From: Shigella phage ESh31
Direction: 5' to 3' (one strand)
DNA: 64,000 bases
Sequence record: ON528741
This document shows, one piece after another, positions 9,325-18,775 of this stretch; position 1 is the stretch's first letter; the number at the start of each line of letters is the position of its first letter. The position numbers and the translations under genes are program-made. The notes beneath the pieces were generated by a model. The model was not told the origin of the DNA. It searched no databases and was given only the letters and a program-made list of their open reading frames with translations.

Positions 9325-9645
9325 ATGACTATTGAAAATAAATTAGATGTTGATGCAGTTCTGAGCGAAATCATTGAAGACCATGATGCATTTTCGGAAA
9401 ACTATGATTTCGATTTTTCCGATTATCTTAAACCTGTCGAAATAGAAGACTGGGTACAAGACGGCAAATGTCAATATCGTCAGTGTGTTTATTTTAGTCC
9501 AAAACATAATGTACATGTGGCTGTAAATGAATCTCGGTCAGGTTCTTATCATTCTGACTGGTATTATGCAGTTCCGACTGTTGAACTAGTCGAGCCCCAT
9601 GAACGTGTAGTAACTCAGACAGTACGAGAATGGATTACGCTATAA
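9325..9645 (+). CDS. hypothetical acidic protein (106 aa)
   Basis: ORF between nrdC and pin. Confidence 0.4.
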   Translation: MTIENKLDVDAVLSEIIEDHDAFSENYDFDFSDYLKPVEIEDWVQDGKCQYRQCVYFSPKHNVHVAVNESRSGSYHSDWYYAVPTVELVEPHERVVTQTVREWITL

Positions 9646-9768
9646 AACCTTGGTGGGCGGCTAGATGGGAAACTGTAGAGCCAGAGCCGGAAGAACCGGT
9701 TTACACTGATGAAGAAACAATATATAATGAACCAACGATAAATGACTTAATTGATATGGAGATGGGAC

Positions 9769-10254
9769 ATGATTACAGTAGATAAGTGGTTTAGAATTAA
9801 TCGTGCTGATACAGGGCTGTGTAATTACTGGCCGGAACTTAGTGCAGGTACTGTCTTTAAAGTTCGTGAACTTGCAAAAGAATGCGAAGATGATATAGAG
9901 CCTGATACTGGAATTATTGAAATTGAACTTTCTGATGGAAAGATTATTAACATCTACGATAAGCCAACTACGTATTGGTGCTTGTGGAATACTGAATCAG
10001 TAGAAAATGGCGAAATTGAAGAAGTTGTAGAGAGAACTAATCAAGTTGTTCAGAAGCCTAAAGCCGATTTTCAAGGTGAACGTATTCCATACGCATTAGC
10101 TAAATTAGCTGCGCAAGAAAATAACGATGGCTATGAAGGTAACCTGATGCAAGCTGCCGCAGAATACATTGAATGGCTTGAAAATCAAATTTCTTTTTCT
10201 GACCAAAAGATTCGGCAATATAAGCGATTGAATCAAATGTTTTACAATACTTGA
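9769..10254 (+). CDS. pin: protease inhibitor Pin-like protein
   Basis: 161 aa from the internal Met with GGAG RBS; length and position between nrdC and gene 49 match T4 pin. Confidence 0.5.
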   Translation: MITVDKWFRINRADTGLCNYWPELSAGTVFKVRELAKECEDDIEPDTGIIEIELSDGKIINIYDKPTTYWCLWNTESVENGEIEEVVERTNQVVQKPKADFQGERIPYALAKLAAQENNDGYEGNLMQAAAEYIEWLENQISFSDQKIRQYKRLNQMFYNT

Positions 10255-10265
10255 AAATAATAAAT

Positions 10266-10290
10266 ACCCTTATCTATTTAAGGTAAGGGT
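10266..10290 (+). promoter_or_regulatory. hairpin between pin and gene 49 (terminator or translational control element)
   Basis: ACCCTTA...TAAGGGT inverted repeat followed by TTTATT, 5 nt before the gene 49 ATG. Confidence 0.4.
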
Positions 10291-10295
10291 TTATT

Positions 10296-10769
10296 ATGTT
10301 ATTGACTGGCAAATTATATAAAGAAGAAAAACAGAAATTTTATGATGCACAAAACGGTAAATGCTTAATTTGCCAACGAGAACTAAATCCTGATGTTCAA
10401 GCTAATCACCTTGACCATGACCATGAATTAAATGGACCAAAAGCAGGAAAGGTACGTGGATTGCTTTGTAATCTCTGCAATGCCGCAGAAGGTCAAATGA
10501 AGTATAAATTTAATCGTTCTGGCTTAAAGGGACAAGGTGTTGATTATCTTGAATGGTTAGAAAATTTACTTACTTATTTAAAATCCGATTACACCCAAAA
10601 TAATATTCACCCTAACTTTGTTGGAGATAAATCAAAGGAATTTTCTCGTTTAGGAAAAGAGGAAATGATGGCTGAGATGCTTCAAAGAGGATTTGAATAT
10701 AATGAATCTGACACCAAAACACAATTAATAGCTTCATTTAAGAAGCAGCTTAGAAAGAGTTTAAAATGA
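10296..10769 (+). CDS. 49: endonuclease VII (Holliday junction resolvase)
   Basis: 157 aa; near-identical to T4 gp49 as I recall it (MLLTGKLYKEEKQKFYDAQNGKCLICQ...); Cys-rich zinc site. Confidence 0.85.
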   Translation: MLLTGKLYKEEKQKFYDAQNGKCLICQRELNPDVQANHLDHDHELNGPKAGKVRGLLCNLCNAAEGQMKYKFNRSGLKGQGVDYLEWLENLLTYLKSDYTQNNIHPNFVGDKSKEFSRLGKEEMMAEMLQRGFEYNESDTKTQLIASFKKQLRKSLK

Positions 10770-12583
10770 CAATTGAAAAAGAAATTGAAGGATTGATTCA
10801 TAAAACTAATAAAGACCTTTTAAACGAGAATGCTAATAAAGATTCTCGTGTTTTTCCAACTCAACGGGACCTTATGGCTGGTATTGTGTCTAAACACATT
10901 GCCAAAAATATGGTCCCGTCTTTTATTATGAAAGCGCATGAAAGCGGAATTATTCATTTCCATGATATTGATTATTCCCCTGCTCTTCCATTTACTAATT
11001 GCTGTTTAGTAGATTTAAAAGGAATGCTTGAGAACGGATTTAAGCTTGGTAATGCACAGATTGAAACTCCTAAATCAATTGGCGTTGCTACTGCAATTAT
11101 GGCACAAATTACTGCACAGGTTGCTTCCCATCAATATGGCGGAACGACTTTTGCTAATGTAGATAAAGTACTTTCTCCTTATGTTAAACGCACCTATGCA
11201 AAACATATTGAGGATGCAGAAAAATGGCAAATCGCTGATGCGTTAAATTATGCTCAATCTAAAACAGAAAAAGATGTATACGATGCATTCCAAGCTTATG
11301 AATATGAAGTAAATACTCTCTTTAGTTCAAACGGACAAACACCTTTTGTAACAATTACATTTGGTACAGGAACTGACTGGACTGAACGAATGATTCAGAA
11401 AGCAATTCTGAAAAATCGTATTAAAGGTCTTGGTCGTGATGGGATAACTCCTATTTTCCCTAAGCTTGTTATGTTTGTTGAAGAAGGTGTTAATCTTTAT
11501 AAAGACGATCCGAACTATGATATTAAACAGCTTGCTCTAGAGTGCGCAAGCAAAAGAATGTATCCTGATATTATTTCAGCTAAGAACAATAAAGCTATCA
11601 CCGGCTCATCTATTCCTGTTTCTCCAATGGGTTGCCGTAGTTTCTTGAGCGTATGGAAAGATTCGACTGGTAATGAAATTCTTGATGGACGTAATAATCT
11701 CGGTGTTGTAACACTGAATCTTCCTCGTATCGCGTTAGATTCTTATATTGGAACACAATTCAATGAACAGAAATTTGTTGAATTGTTCAATGAACGAATG
11801 GATTTATGTTTTGAAGCATTGATGTGTAGAATTAGTTCCTTAAAAGGAGTTAAAGCGACTGTTGCTCCTATTCTTTACCAAGAAGGTGCATTCGGGGTTC
11901 GTCTTAAACCTGATGACGATATAATTGAGTTATTTAAAAATGGTAGAAGTTCAGTGTCTCTAGGATACATTGGTATTCACGAATTGAATATTCTTGTCGG
12001 TCGTGATATTGGACGAGAAATTTTAACTAAAATGAATGCTCGTCTTAAACAATGGACTGAAAGAACTGGGTTTGCTTTTAGTTTGTATTCTACTCCTGCT
12101 GAAAACCTTTGTTATCGCTTCTGTAAACTTGATACAGAAAAATATGGAAGTGTAAAAGATGTTACCGATAAAGGCTGGTACACTAACAGTTTCCACGTTT
12201 CAGTAGAAGAAAATATTACTCCGTTTGAAAAGATTTCTCGTGAAGCGCCATATCATTTCATTGCGACAGGTGGTCACATTTCTTATGTTGAACTTCCTGA
12301 TATGAAAAATAACTTGAAAGGCCTTGAGGCCGTATGGGATTATGCTGCACAACATTTAGATTATTTTGGTGTTAATATGCCAGTAGATAAATGTTTTACA
12401 TGTGGAAGTACCCATGAAATGACTCCTACTGAAAACGGATTTGTTTGTTCTATTTGTGGAGAAACTGATCCTAAAAAGATGAACACAATAAGAAGAACAT
12501 GTGGTTATTTGGGAAATCCGAACGAACGCGGATTTAATCTCGGTAAAAATAAAGAAATCATGCATAGGGTTAAACACCAATGA
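10766..12583 (+). CDS. nrdD: anaerobic ribonucleoside-triphosphate reductase, uninterrupted
   Basis: 605 aa; C-terminal glycyl-radical motif RRTCGYLG; C-terminal Cys cluster; no intron. Confidence 0.9.
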   Translation: MTIEKEIEGLIHKTNKDLLNENANKDSRVFPTQRDLMAGIVSKHIAKNMVPSFIMKAHESGIIHFHDIDYSPALPFTNCCLVDLKGMLENGFKLGNAQIETPKSIGVATAIMAQITAQVASHQYGGTTFANVDKVLSPYVKRTYAKHIEDAEKWQIADALNYAQSKTEKDVYDAFQAYEYEVNTLFSSNGQTPFVTITFGTGTDWTERMIQKAILKNRIKGLGRDGITPIFPKLVMFVEEGVNLYKDDPNYDIKQLALECASKRMYPDIISAKNNKAITGSSIPVSPMGCRSFLSVWKDSTGNEILDGRNNLGVVTLNLPRIALDSYIGTQFNEQKFVELFNERMDLCFEALMCRISSLKGVKATVAPILYQEGAFGVRLKPDDDIIELFKNGRSSVSLGYIGIHELNILVGRDIGREILTKMNARLKQWTERTGFAFSLYSTPAENLCYRFCKLDTEKYGSVKDVTDKGWYTNSFHVSVEENITPFEKISREAPYHFIATGGHISYVELPDMKNNLKGLEAVWDYAAQHLDYFGVNMPVDKCFTCGSTHEMTPTENGFVCSICGETDPKKMNTIRRTCGYLGNPNERGFNLGKNKEIMHRVKHQ

Positions 12584-13050
12584 ATTATGATAGATTTTAT
12601 CCTTGCGATTTTGTGAATGGCCCTGGATGCAGGGTCGTTCTTTTCGTTACAGGTTGTTTGCATAAATGCGAAGGGTGTTATAATAAATCAACATGGAATG
12701 CTAGAAATGGTATTCCATTCACTGGTGAAACACTAGAACAATTGATTGAATGTTTGAATAATGATTATATAGAAGGATTAACTATAACCGGAGGTGACCC
12801 TCTTTATCCTGATAACAGAGACGTGATTCACTCTGTGGTTCAAACTATTAAAAATCTTTATCCCAATAAAAGCATTTGGTTGTGGACAGGATATAAGTTT
12901 GAAGATATTAAACAACTAGAAATGCTTAAATATGTTGATGTTATTATTGATGGGAAGTATGAGAAAAATCTTCCGACTAAAAAGCTGTGGCGAGGATCAG
13001 ATAATCAGCGACTTTGGTCAAATACCGATGGGGTGTGGACACATGATTAA
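12580..13050 (+). CDS. nrdG: anaerobic RNR activating protein (radical SAM)
   Basis: 156 aa; Cys-rich motif GCLHKCEGC; ATGA overlap with nrdD. Confidence 0.85.
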   Translation: MNYDRFYPCDFVNGPGCRVVLFVTGCLHKCEGCYNKSTWNARNGIPFTGETLEQLIECLNNDYIEGLTITGGDPLYPDNRDVIHSVVQTIKNLYPNKSIWLWTGYKFEDIKQLEMLKYVDVIIDGKYEKNLPTKKLWRGSDNQRLWSNTDGVWTHD

Positions 13051-13165
13051 ATTGAATTACATTATGGATACTATAAATGATATGATTTTTCATTTTGGTC
13101 CAGAATTTTATTCGCAATATAGTTTAGTGCTTATCAATGCTTGGTTAATCAATTAAGGGTAAAAT

Positions 13166-13381
13166 ATGTATAAATTTCGTAAAGGTTTAGCTGATTTTCT
13201 TACAACTGTAACGTTCTTTCTGTTTATGGCAGTTGGAGCTATTTTTCTTATTCCTTTTATTGTTGTATTTTTCGTGATTAGTTTAATTTCTCCAGAAAAG
13301 GGCTTATCTTCTAGTGAGTTCAATGAGCGTCTGGATAAAATTACTAACAAGCTGAATGCGGTTCTTGATAAAAAGGCTTAA
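13166..13381 (+). CDS. hypothetical small membrane protein
   Basis: 71 aa; one long hydrophobic segment. Confidence 0.4.
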   Translation: MYKFRKGLADFLTTVTFFLFMAVGAIFLIPFIVVFFVISLISPEKGLSSSEFNERLDKITNKLNAVLDKKA

Positions 13382-13383
13382 TT

Positions 13384-13695
13384 ATGATTAGTTTTGAGCG
13401 GTATGTAGTAGAGAGTTGGAATGGTTTTGATATGTTCGGTAATGACTATTATTTCTATGAATGTAGTCTGAACCCAAGCTTCTGGGCTGGACGTGAACAA
13501 GACCTCGAAGAAATCAACGCTCGTGCCGATTTGTTAGGTGAACTGCCTACGGTTTATTTTACCTTTGATGAATCCGGCTTCGTTATCCAGGTTTATTTTC
13601 CTGAAGAAAACTCTGGTGAGGATTCTGTTAATCCTCCTTATTGGGCTTACCAAGGAATTATTTCTCGTGGAACAAAACTCGAACTTAAAGAATAA
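13384..13695 (+). CDS. hypothetical protein (103 aa)
   Basis: ORF ending 1 nt before the glutaredoxin-like reading frame becomes conserved. Confidence 0.45.
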   Translation: MISFERYVVESWNGFDMFGNDYYFYECSLNPSFWAGREQDLEEINARADLLGELPTVYFTFDESGFVIQVYFPEENSGEDSVNPPYWAYQGIISRGTKLELKE

Positions 13696-13990
13696 GATTG
13701 AAGTCTATGGAATTCCAGATGAAGTAGGTCGTTGTCCTGGATGTCAATCAGTTACAAAACTTCTAAAGGAGCTCAATGCTCCTTTTACTTTTTATAAAGT
13801 TCTTACTAATAATGGTAAGATTGAGTATGATCGTCAACTGATTGTATCTCTTGCTAAACGCGCTGGATTCACATCTCTTAACATTCGTTATCCAGTCATT
13901 TTCATTAATGATTCCAGACAAAAGAACATTAAACACTTCAAAGAAACTCTCATTTCACTTGGATATGATAGAGATATCATAGAAGACTAA
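13667..13990 (+). CDS. nrdH: glutaredoxin-like protein (NrdH-like); start codon uncertain
   Basis: CPGC active site (GRCPGCQSV); no in-frame ATG before the motif; candidate starts are GTG 13667 or ATT 13697. Confidence 0.5.
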   Translation: MEQNSNLKNKIEVYGIPDEVGRCPGCQSVTKLLKELNAPFTFYKVLTNNGKIEYDRQLIVSLAKRAGFTSLNIRYPVIFINDSRQKNIKHFKETLISLGYDRDIIED

Positions 13991-14087
13991 GATGGGCCCT
14001 CTGGGCCTTTCTTTCTTACATTCTGTATATTACCATTCTAAGCTATCGTTCCTTTCTTATCATTCCCTGAAATATTTTTCACAAAGT

Positions 14088-14148
14088 TGTTTACAACAAG
14101 TTCAAACCGTGGTATTATTAACATATGAATTACCTTTGAGGAATTGAT
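14088..14148 (+). promoter_or_regulatory. early promoter (GTTTAC / GTGGTATTATTA)
   Basis: GTTTAC -35 and CCGTGGTATTATTA -10 region upstream of the ORF at 14149. Confidence 0.45.
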
Positions 14149-14331
14149 ATGGTTATGGTTGATAAAGAAATTAAAAAGGGACAGTATTATCTCATTAATG
14201 GTAATGCTGTTCGTGTTACTCATGTAAATAGTTTTGAAGTTTGCTATATTATACTCAAGTTACATAAACGCATGATTTGCGATCGTGCTGCATTTAGTTC
14301 AGTTGCTAAGGAAATTAAACTCCATGGGTAA
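14149..14331 (+). CDS. hypothetical small protein (60 aa)
   Basis: GAGG RBS. Confidence 0.35.
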   Translation: MVMVDKEIKKGQYYLINGNAVRVTHVNSFEVCYIILKLHKRMICDRAAFSSVAKEIKLHG

Positions 14332-14617
14332 AACGTATCGTCGTAAAGATTTAAAAGTACGTGATTATGACTATTTCGGAAAGCGTAAAGCTCCTGATGG
14401 TGTAAGTCATAAAGATATGGTTGAAAACATTTTTCGCTCAGATAAATGGCGTAGAATGAAAGGCATTGATTCAGAAGTTAAAGATGAGCTAAATCGCCAA
14501 TTACGTGATGAAGTAAGAAAGTTGAAAAAATCAGTTTACATTGACGATGATTTTGATTATAATACTTCTCAACGAGTTGCTAAACGTAAATCAAACGAGT
14601 GTTATCGTTACAGCTGA
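14324..14617 (+). CDS. hypothetical basic protein (97 aa)
   Basis: Lys/Arg-rich ORF; start placed at the internal Met. Confidence 0.35.
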   Translation: MGKTYRRKDLKVRDYDYFGKRKAPDGVSHKDMVENIFRSDKWRRMKGIDSEVKDELNRQLRDEVRKLKKSVYIDDDFDYNTSQRVAKRKSNECYRYS

Positions 14618-14624
14618 GGAAAAT

Positions 14625-14756
14625 ATGAATATCAAACGAATGCTTTTTAAGCAGGGGTTATACACTTTAAATGTTACTCCAAAAGGCGATACAACTAAGT
14701 GGTCAGTAAATGACTGGATTAAATTCATTGATGAAAATGGTAATTGGGAAATTTAA
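14625..14756 (+). CDS. hypothetical small protein (43 aa)
   Basis: GAGGAAAAT RBS then ATG; the track ORF's N-terminal extension lacks an RBS. Confidence 0.3.
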   Translation: MNIKRMLFKQGLYTLNVTPKGDTTKWSVNDWIKFIDENGNWEI

Positions 14757-14957
14757 ATGAATCCTGAATCTAAATTATCGCAACGAATTGCCGAAGCTCG
14801 TCGTCAGTTCTTTGAAAATATGATAGCACAAGGTATTGATGATGAAGTTTTTCTAAACTGGTTTTGGAATCACAAATATTCAAGTTGCTCAGGAGCAATA
14901 TTAATATCAGCCGCAATGATGTACGAAGGCTGGAAGGGTGCCAAAAAGTTTAGCTAA
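14757..14957 (+). CDS. hypothetical protein (66 aa)
   Basis: ORF followed by a UUCG terminator. Confidence 0.35.
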   Translation: MNPESKLSQRIAEARRQFFENMIAQGIDDEVFLNWFWNHKYSSCSGAILISAAMMYEGWKGAKKFS

Positions 14958-14976
14958 GGGCTTCGGCCCTTTTTGG
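14956..14976 (+). terminator. UUCG tetraloop terminator
   Basis: AAGGGCTTCGGCCCTTTTT. Confidence 0.55.
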
Positions 14977-15009
14977 ATAATAAAATTTTAACGTAATTGA
15001 GGATAATGT

Positions 15010-15336
15010 ATGACTATTCAAATTAAAAACGTCATTAATTCTTACGCATATGATAAAGTAGTTTCTTTGCTAGAAAAAGGCGATATTGTAACTCCTCAAA
15101 GTTTGGATAAATGGGAAAAAGAGCTTCATCAAACGATGAAACAGAATGATCAGAAGATTGGACGCAATACTGTCCGTGAATTGTTGGTTCAATATATCTT
15201 GTCAGAATTTGATGTTAAAGCTTTTGGTGTAGAATCTAAAGCTTATCAAAAGCATGAAATTTCCGATAAAACTATTCGTCGCATGAAAAATCAACGCAAG
15301 AAAAAATTTGCAGACCTGAAAATTACTAAGGTATAA
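15010..15336 (+). CDS. hypothetical protein (108 aa)
   Basis: GAGGA RBS. Confidence 0.4.
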   Translation: MTIQIKNVINSYAYDKVVSLLEKGDIVTPQSLDKWEKELHQTMKQNDQKIGRNTVRELLVQYILSEFDVKAFGVESKAYQKHEISDKTIRRMKNQRKKKFADLKITKV

Positions 15337-15338
15337 TT

Positions 15339-15554
15339 ATGAACGAAGCTCTTATTAACGATTTGCGTCTTGCTGGATATGAAGTAAATACAAATGGCAT
15401 TGGTTTAACTCAAATTGAAGGAAACGGATTCATCCTTGAGTATGAATTTAGCCAATGGTGGTTATATGCCAATTATGGCGAATTGATTGAATACGTTGAC
15501 CAATTTGATTCACTAGATGCAGCTCTTGAAGCGGCTAAGTTGATGAATGTATGA
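15339..15554 (+). CDS. hypothetical acidic protein (71 aa)
   Basis: Tightly packed ORF. Confidence 0.4.
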   Translation: MNEALINDLRLAGYEVNTNGIGLTQIEGNGFILEYEFSQWWLYANYGELIEYVDQFDSLDAALEAAKLMNV

Positions 15555-15820
15555 AATTTATTAATATTTCTATTACTATTGAAAATTATGGCATTTTCTA
15601 TGTTGACCAATACATGAAAATTTCATTTTTCCCAAATAAGACTGGTGTTGGATATTGGGAAAGCCATGTTTCTGAATTAAATGAAAGTGAATATGTTAGT
15701 ACACATGAAAAGTTTTTAGACTTTTTATATCATGCTGATCTAACTAGTCATTATATAGATATTCATGAATTTAAAAAGATGATGGAAAAAGTATTCCAAG
15801 CATACTGTTTACTTAGATAA
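15551..15820 (+). CDS. hypothetical protein (89 aa)
   Basis: ATGA overlap with the upstream ORF. Confidence 0.4.
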   Translation: MKFINISITIENYGIFYVDQYMKISFFPNKTGVGYWESHVSELNESEYVSTHEKFLDFLYHADLTSHYIDIHEFKKMMEKVFQAYCLLR

Positions 15821-15898
15821 CTGATATCCTCTATGCTTTAAGATAGATCTTCAAATATTATGATATAATAGATCTATGAATTGAGCTAAGAGGTGAAA

Positions 15899-16456
15899 AT
15901 GTCAGAAACTAAGCCTAAATATAATTACGTAAACAATAAAGAGCTTTTACAAGCTATTATTGATTGGAAAACAGAATTAGCAAATAATAAAGACCCAAAT
16001 AAAGTAGTTCGTCAGAATGATACTATCGGATTAGCCATTATGCTTATTGCAGAAGGCTTATCTAAACGTTTCAACTTTTCAGGATACACCCAGTCTTGGA
16101 AACAAGAAATGATTGCAGATGGTATAGAAGCTTCTATTAAGGGGCTTCACAATTTTGATGAAACGAAATATAAAAACCCACATGCGTATATAACTCAAGC
16201 TTGTTTTAATGCATTCGTCCAGCGTATTAAAAAAGAACGTAAGGAAGTTGCAAAGAAATATAGTTACTTCGTTCACAATGTCTATGACAGCCGTGACGAC
16301 GATATGGTTGCGTTAGTAGATGAAACTTTTATTCAAGACATCTATGATAAAATGACGCATTACGAAGAATCAACCTATAGAACACCGGGGGCTGAAAAGA
16401 AAAGTGTTGTAGACGATTCTCCTAGTTTGGATTTTTTATATGAGGCTAACGATTAA
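15899..16456 (+). CDS. 55: late-transcription sigma factor gp55
   Basis: 185 aa from the ATG after AAGAGG RBS; matches T4 gp55 as I recall it ([23 protein letters not shown]...). Confidence 0.9.
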
Positions 16457-16658
16457 CCTCTCCGGATTCTTGGAAGAAATACCTGAAGTTGAAGCTATTC
16501 CCTATTTACTTAAAATGTATCTCAGGGAAGTTTTAGCTCTTGACATTGATATTGATCCAGAAAATCCGTATGATACCGCTTTTAAATCTAATGGTGTAGA
16601 ATTAAATTACAGGTATCATTTAACAGATGATGATTTTTATTTTATATTAGAGAAATAA
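16440..16658 (+). CDS. hypothetical protein (72 aa)
   Basis: ORF overlapping the 3' end of gene 55 in another frame. Confidence 0.35.
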
Positions 16659-16659
16659 T

Positions 16660-16977
16660 ATGACTGATAAACCCGAAATTAATGATGAAGTGGAAAAGCT
16701 TATTTCTTCTATTGAAGAAAAGAACCGTCTTGAAGCAGAAAGAAAAGCAAATAAGTTATTGTCTAAAAACAAACGCGAACTGAATCGTCTTTATAAGCAC
16801 GCTCAGATTGCAGCTGAAAACAATAATTTTGCTCAATACGAATATGCTATCAAGAAAAGTCGGGATATTCTAAAACAGCCATATAACGATGAACTCATCA
16901 GTATTCTTTGGAAGACTACTAGATCGCAAATTGAGGATATGATTGATGCTTACACACGTAAAATTCAAGCGTCTTAA
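16660..16977 (+). CDS. hypothetical protein (105 aa)
   Basis: Charged, helix-prone ORF. Confidence 0.4.
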   Translation: MTDKPEINDEVEKLISSIEEKNRLEAERKANKLLSKNKRELNRLYKHAQIAAENNNFAQYEYAIKKSRDILKQPYNDELISILWKTTRSQIEDMIDAYTRKIQAS

Positions 16978-17149
16978 AATTAATGCAGGATTTACTGAAT
17001 CTTTGAATGGTCATCTTTGTGTGAAAATTTCTGAAAAAGAATACCATGATAGTTCAATTAAAGAAGTTAATCCTCCTATTGTAAGAGCAGACCCTAATAT
17101 GAAAGTGTGGGTTGATTCTTATCAAGTCAAAAAATGGTGGCAGTTATGA
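16943..17149 (+). CDS. hypothetical protein (68 aa)
   Basis: Overlapping ORF. Confidence 0.3.
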   Translation: MMLTHVKFKRLKINAGFTESLNGHLCVKISEKEYHDSSIKEVNPPIVRADPNMKVWVDSYQVKKWWQL

Positions 17150-17392
17150 AAGATGAACACCCAGACTTCTGAAATAGATTATAATAAAATTCGTTCCTCT
17201 AAAGAGGAAATGATGAGACTCTTTAAAGAGTCTCATGATAAAGCTAAAGCAGAAGGAACTATAAAATATAAGCGCATAAAATTTAAAAGTTCTAATGAGC
17301 CTCTGTATGGCGTATTATGTGGATAGGAGCTTCGGCTCCTATATTGCTTTATAAATTTTTGGTAAAATAAACCAAAACAAAGAGGATATTAA

Positions 17393-18595
17393 ATGAAAGT
17401 ATGTATTTTTATGGCTCGAGGTCTTGAAGGTTGTGGTGTAACAAAATTCTCACTCGAGCAACGTGATTGGTTTATTAAAAATGGTCATGAAGTAACTTTG
17501 GTTTATGCTAAAGATAAATCATTTACTCGTAATTGCGCGCATGATTATAAATCATTTTCAATTCCGGTTTTATTGGCAAAAGAATACGATAAAACACTTA
17601 AGCTGGTAAATGATTGTGATATTCTAATTATCAATTCAGTTCCTGCTACTTCGGTTGAAGAAGACACTATTAATAACTATAAAAAAATTATTGATAACAT
17701 TAAACCTTCTGTTCGTGTTGTAGTTTATCAGCATGACCATTCTTCTCTTTCTTTGCGTCGAAATTTGGGATTAGAAGAAACTGTTCGTCGAGCTGATGTT
17801 ATTTTTAGCCATTCTGATAATGGTGATTTTAATAAAGTTCTGATGAAAGAATGGTATCCTGAAACAGTTTCTCTGTTTGATGATATTGAAGAAGCACCGA
17901 CCGTATATAACTTTCAGCCTCCTATGGATATTGCGAAAGTTCGATCAACCTATTGGAAAGATGTTTCTGAAATTAATATGAATATCAACCGTTGGATTGG
18001 TCGTACGACTACATGGAAAGGTTTTTATCAGATGTTTGATTTTCACGAAAAACATCTTAAACCTGCAGGACTAAGTACTATTATGGAAGGTCTGGAACGT
18101 TCTCCAGCGTTCATTCCTATTAAAGAAAAAGGAATTCCATACGAGTATTATCGTCTTCATCAAGTAGACCAAATTAAAATTGCTCCTAATTTGCCAACGC
18201 AAATTCTTGACCGTTATGTAAATAGCGAAATGCTTGAACGCATGAGTAAATCCGGATTTGGTTATCAACTGAGTAAGTTGGACAAAAAATATTTACAACG
18301 TTCTTTAGAATATACTCATCTCGAGCTTGGTGCATGTGGAACAATTCCGGTATTTTGGAAATCTACTGGCGAAAATTTAAAATTCCGTGTTGATAATACT
18401 CCTTTGACCTCGCATGATAGCGGTATCATTTGGTTTGATGAAAATGATATGGAATCAACATTTGAACGTATTAAAGAACTGTCATCTGACCGAGCTCTTT
18501 ATGACCGTGAGCGAGAAAAAGCATATGAATTTTTGTATCAGCATCAAGATTCAAGCTTCTGCTTTAAAGAACAGTTTGACATTATTACAAAATAA
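17393..18595 (+). CDS. agt: DNA alpha-glucosyltransferase
   Basis: 400 aa; near-identical to T4 alpha-gt as I recall it; AAGAGG RBS; flanked by UUCG hairpins. Confidence 0.9.
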   Translation: MKVCIFMARGLEGCGVTKFSLEQRDWFIKNGHEVTLVYAKDKSFTRNCAHDYKSFSIPVLLAKEYDKTLKLVNDCDILIINSVPATSVEEDTINNYKKIIDNIKPSVRVVVYQHDHSSLSLRRNLGLEETVRRADVIFSHSDNGDFNKVLMKEWYPETVSLFDDIEEAPTVYNFQPPMDIAKVRSTYWKDVSEINMNINRWIGRTTTWKGFYQMFDFHEKHLKPAGLSTIMEGLERSPAFIPIKEKGIPYEYYRLHQVDQIKIAPNLPTQILDRYVNSEMLERMSKSGFGYQLSKLDKKYLQRSLEYTHLELGACGTIPVFWKSTGENLKFRVDNTPLTSHDSGIIWFDENDMESTFERIKELSSDRALYDREREKAYEFLYQHQDSSFCFKEQFDIITK

Positions 18596-18612
18596 AGGGC
18601 TTCGGCCCTTTA
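18595..18612 (+). terminator. UUCG tetraloop terminator
   Basis: AAGGGCTTCGGCCCTT directly after the agt stop. Confidence 0.5.
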
Positions 18613-18634
18613 GCTTTATACGGAGTTTGATATA

Positions 18635-18775
18635 ATGATATTTCTTGGATATGTGATACTTTTTCTTGCATTTTATCTATTCACTAGAGCGTGCTGGATT
18701 GGGTTCTTTAGCACTCCAGATGGATTTATTTCAATAATTTTATTTTGCATTTCAATGACGGTTCTTGATATATGA
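18635..18775 (+). CDS. hypothetical small membrane protein (46 aa)
   Basis: GGAG RBS; hydrophobic sequence MIFLGYVILFLAFYLF...; stop overlaps the next start. Confidence 0.3.
   Translation: MIFLGYVILFLAFYLFTRACWIGFFSTPDGFISIILFCISMTVLDI

Noticed and set aside
10766-12583. Group I intron or homing endonuclease insertion in nrdD
   Set aside because: The reading frame is continuous for 605 codons with the glycyl-radical motif intact; no intron is present.
13538-13696. N-terminal extension of the glutaredoxin-like ORF as drawn in the track
   Set aside because: This stretch overlaps the upstream gene out of frame and translates to low-complexity hydrophobic sequence; the conserved domain starts only after 13697.
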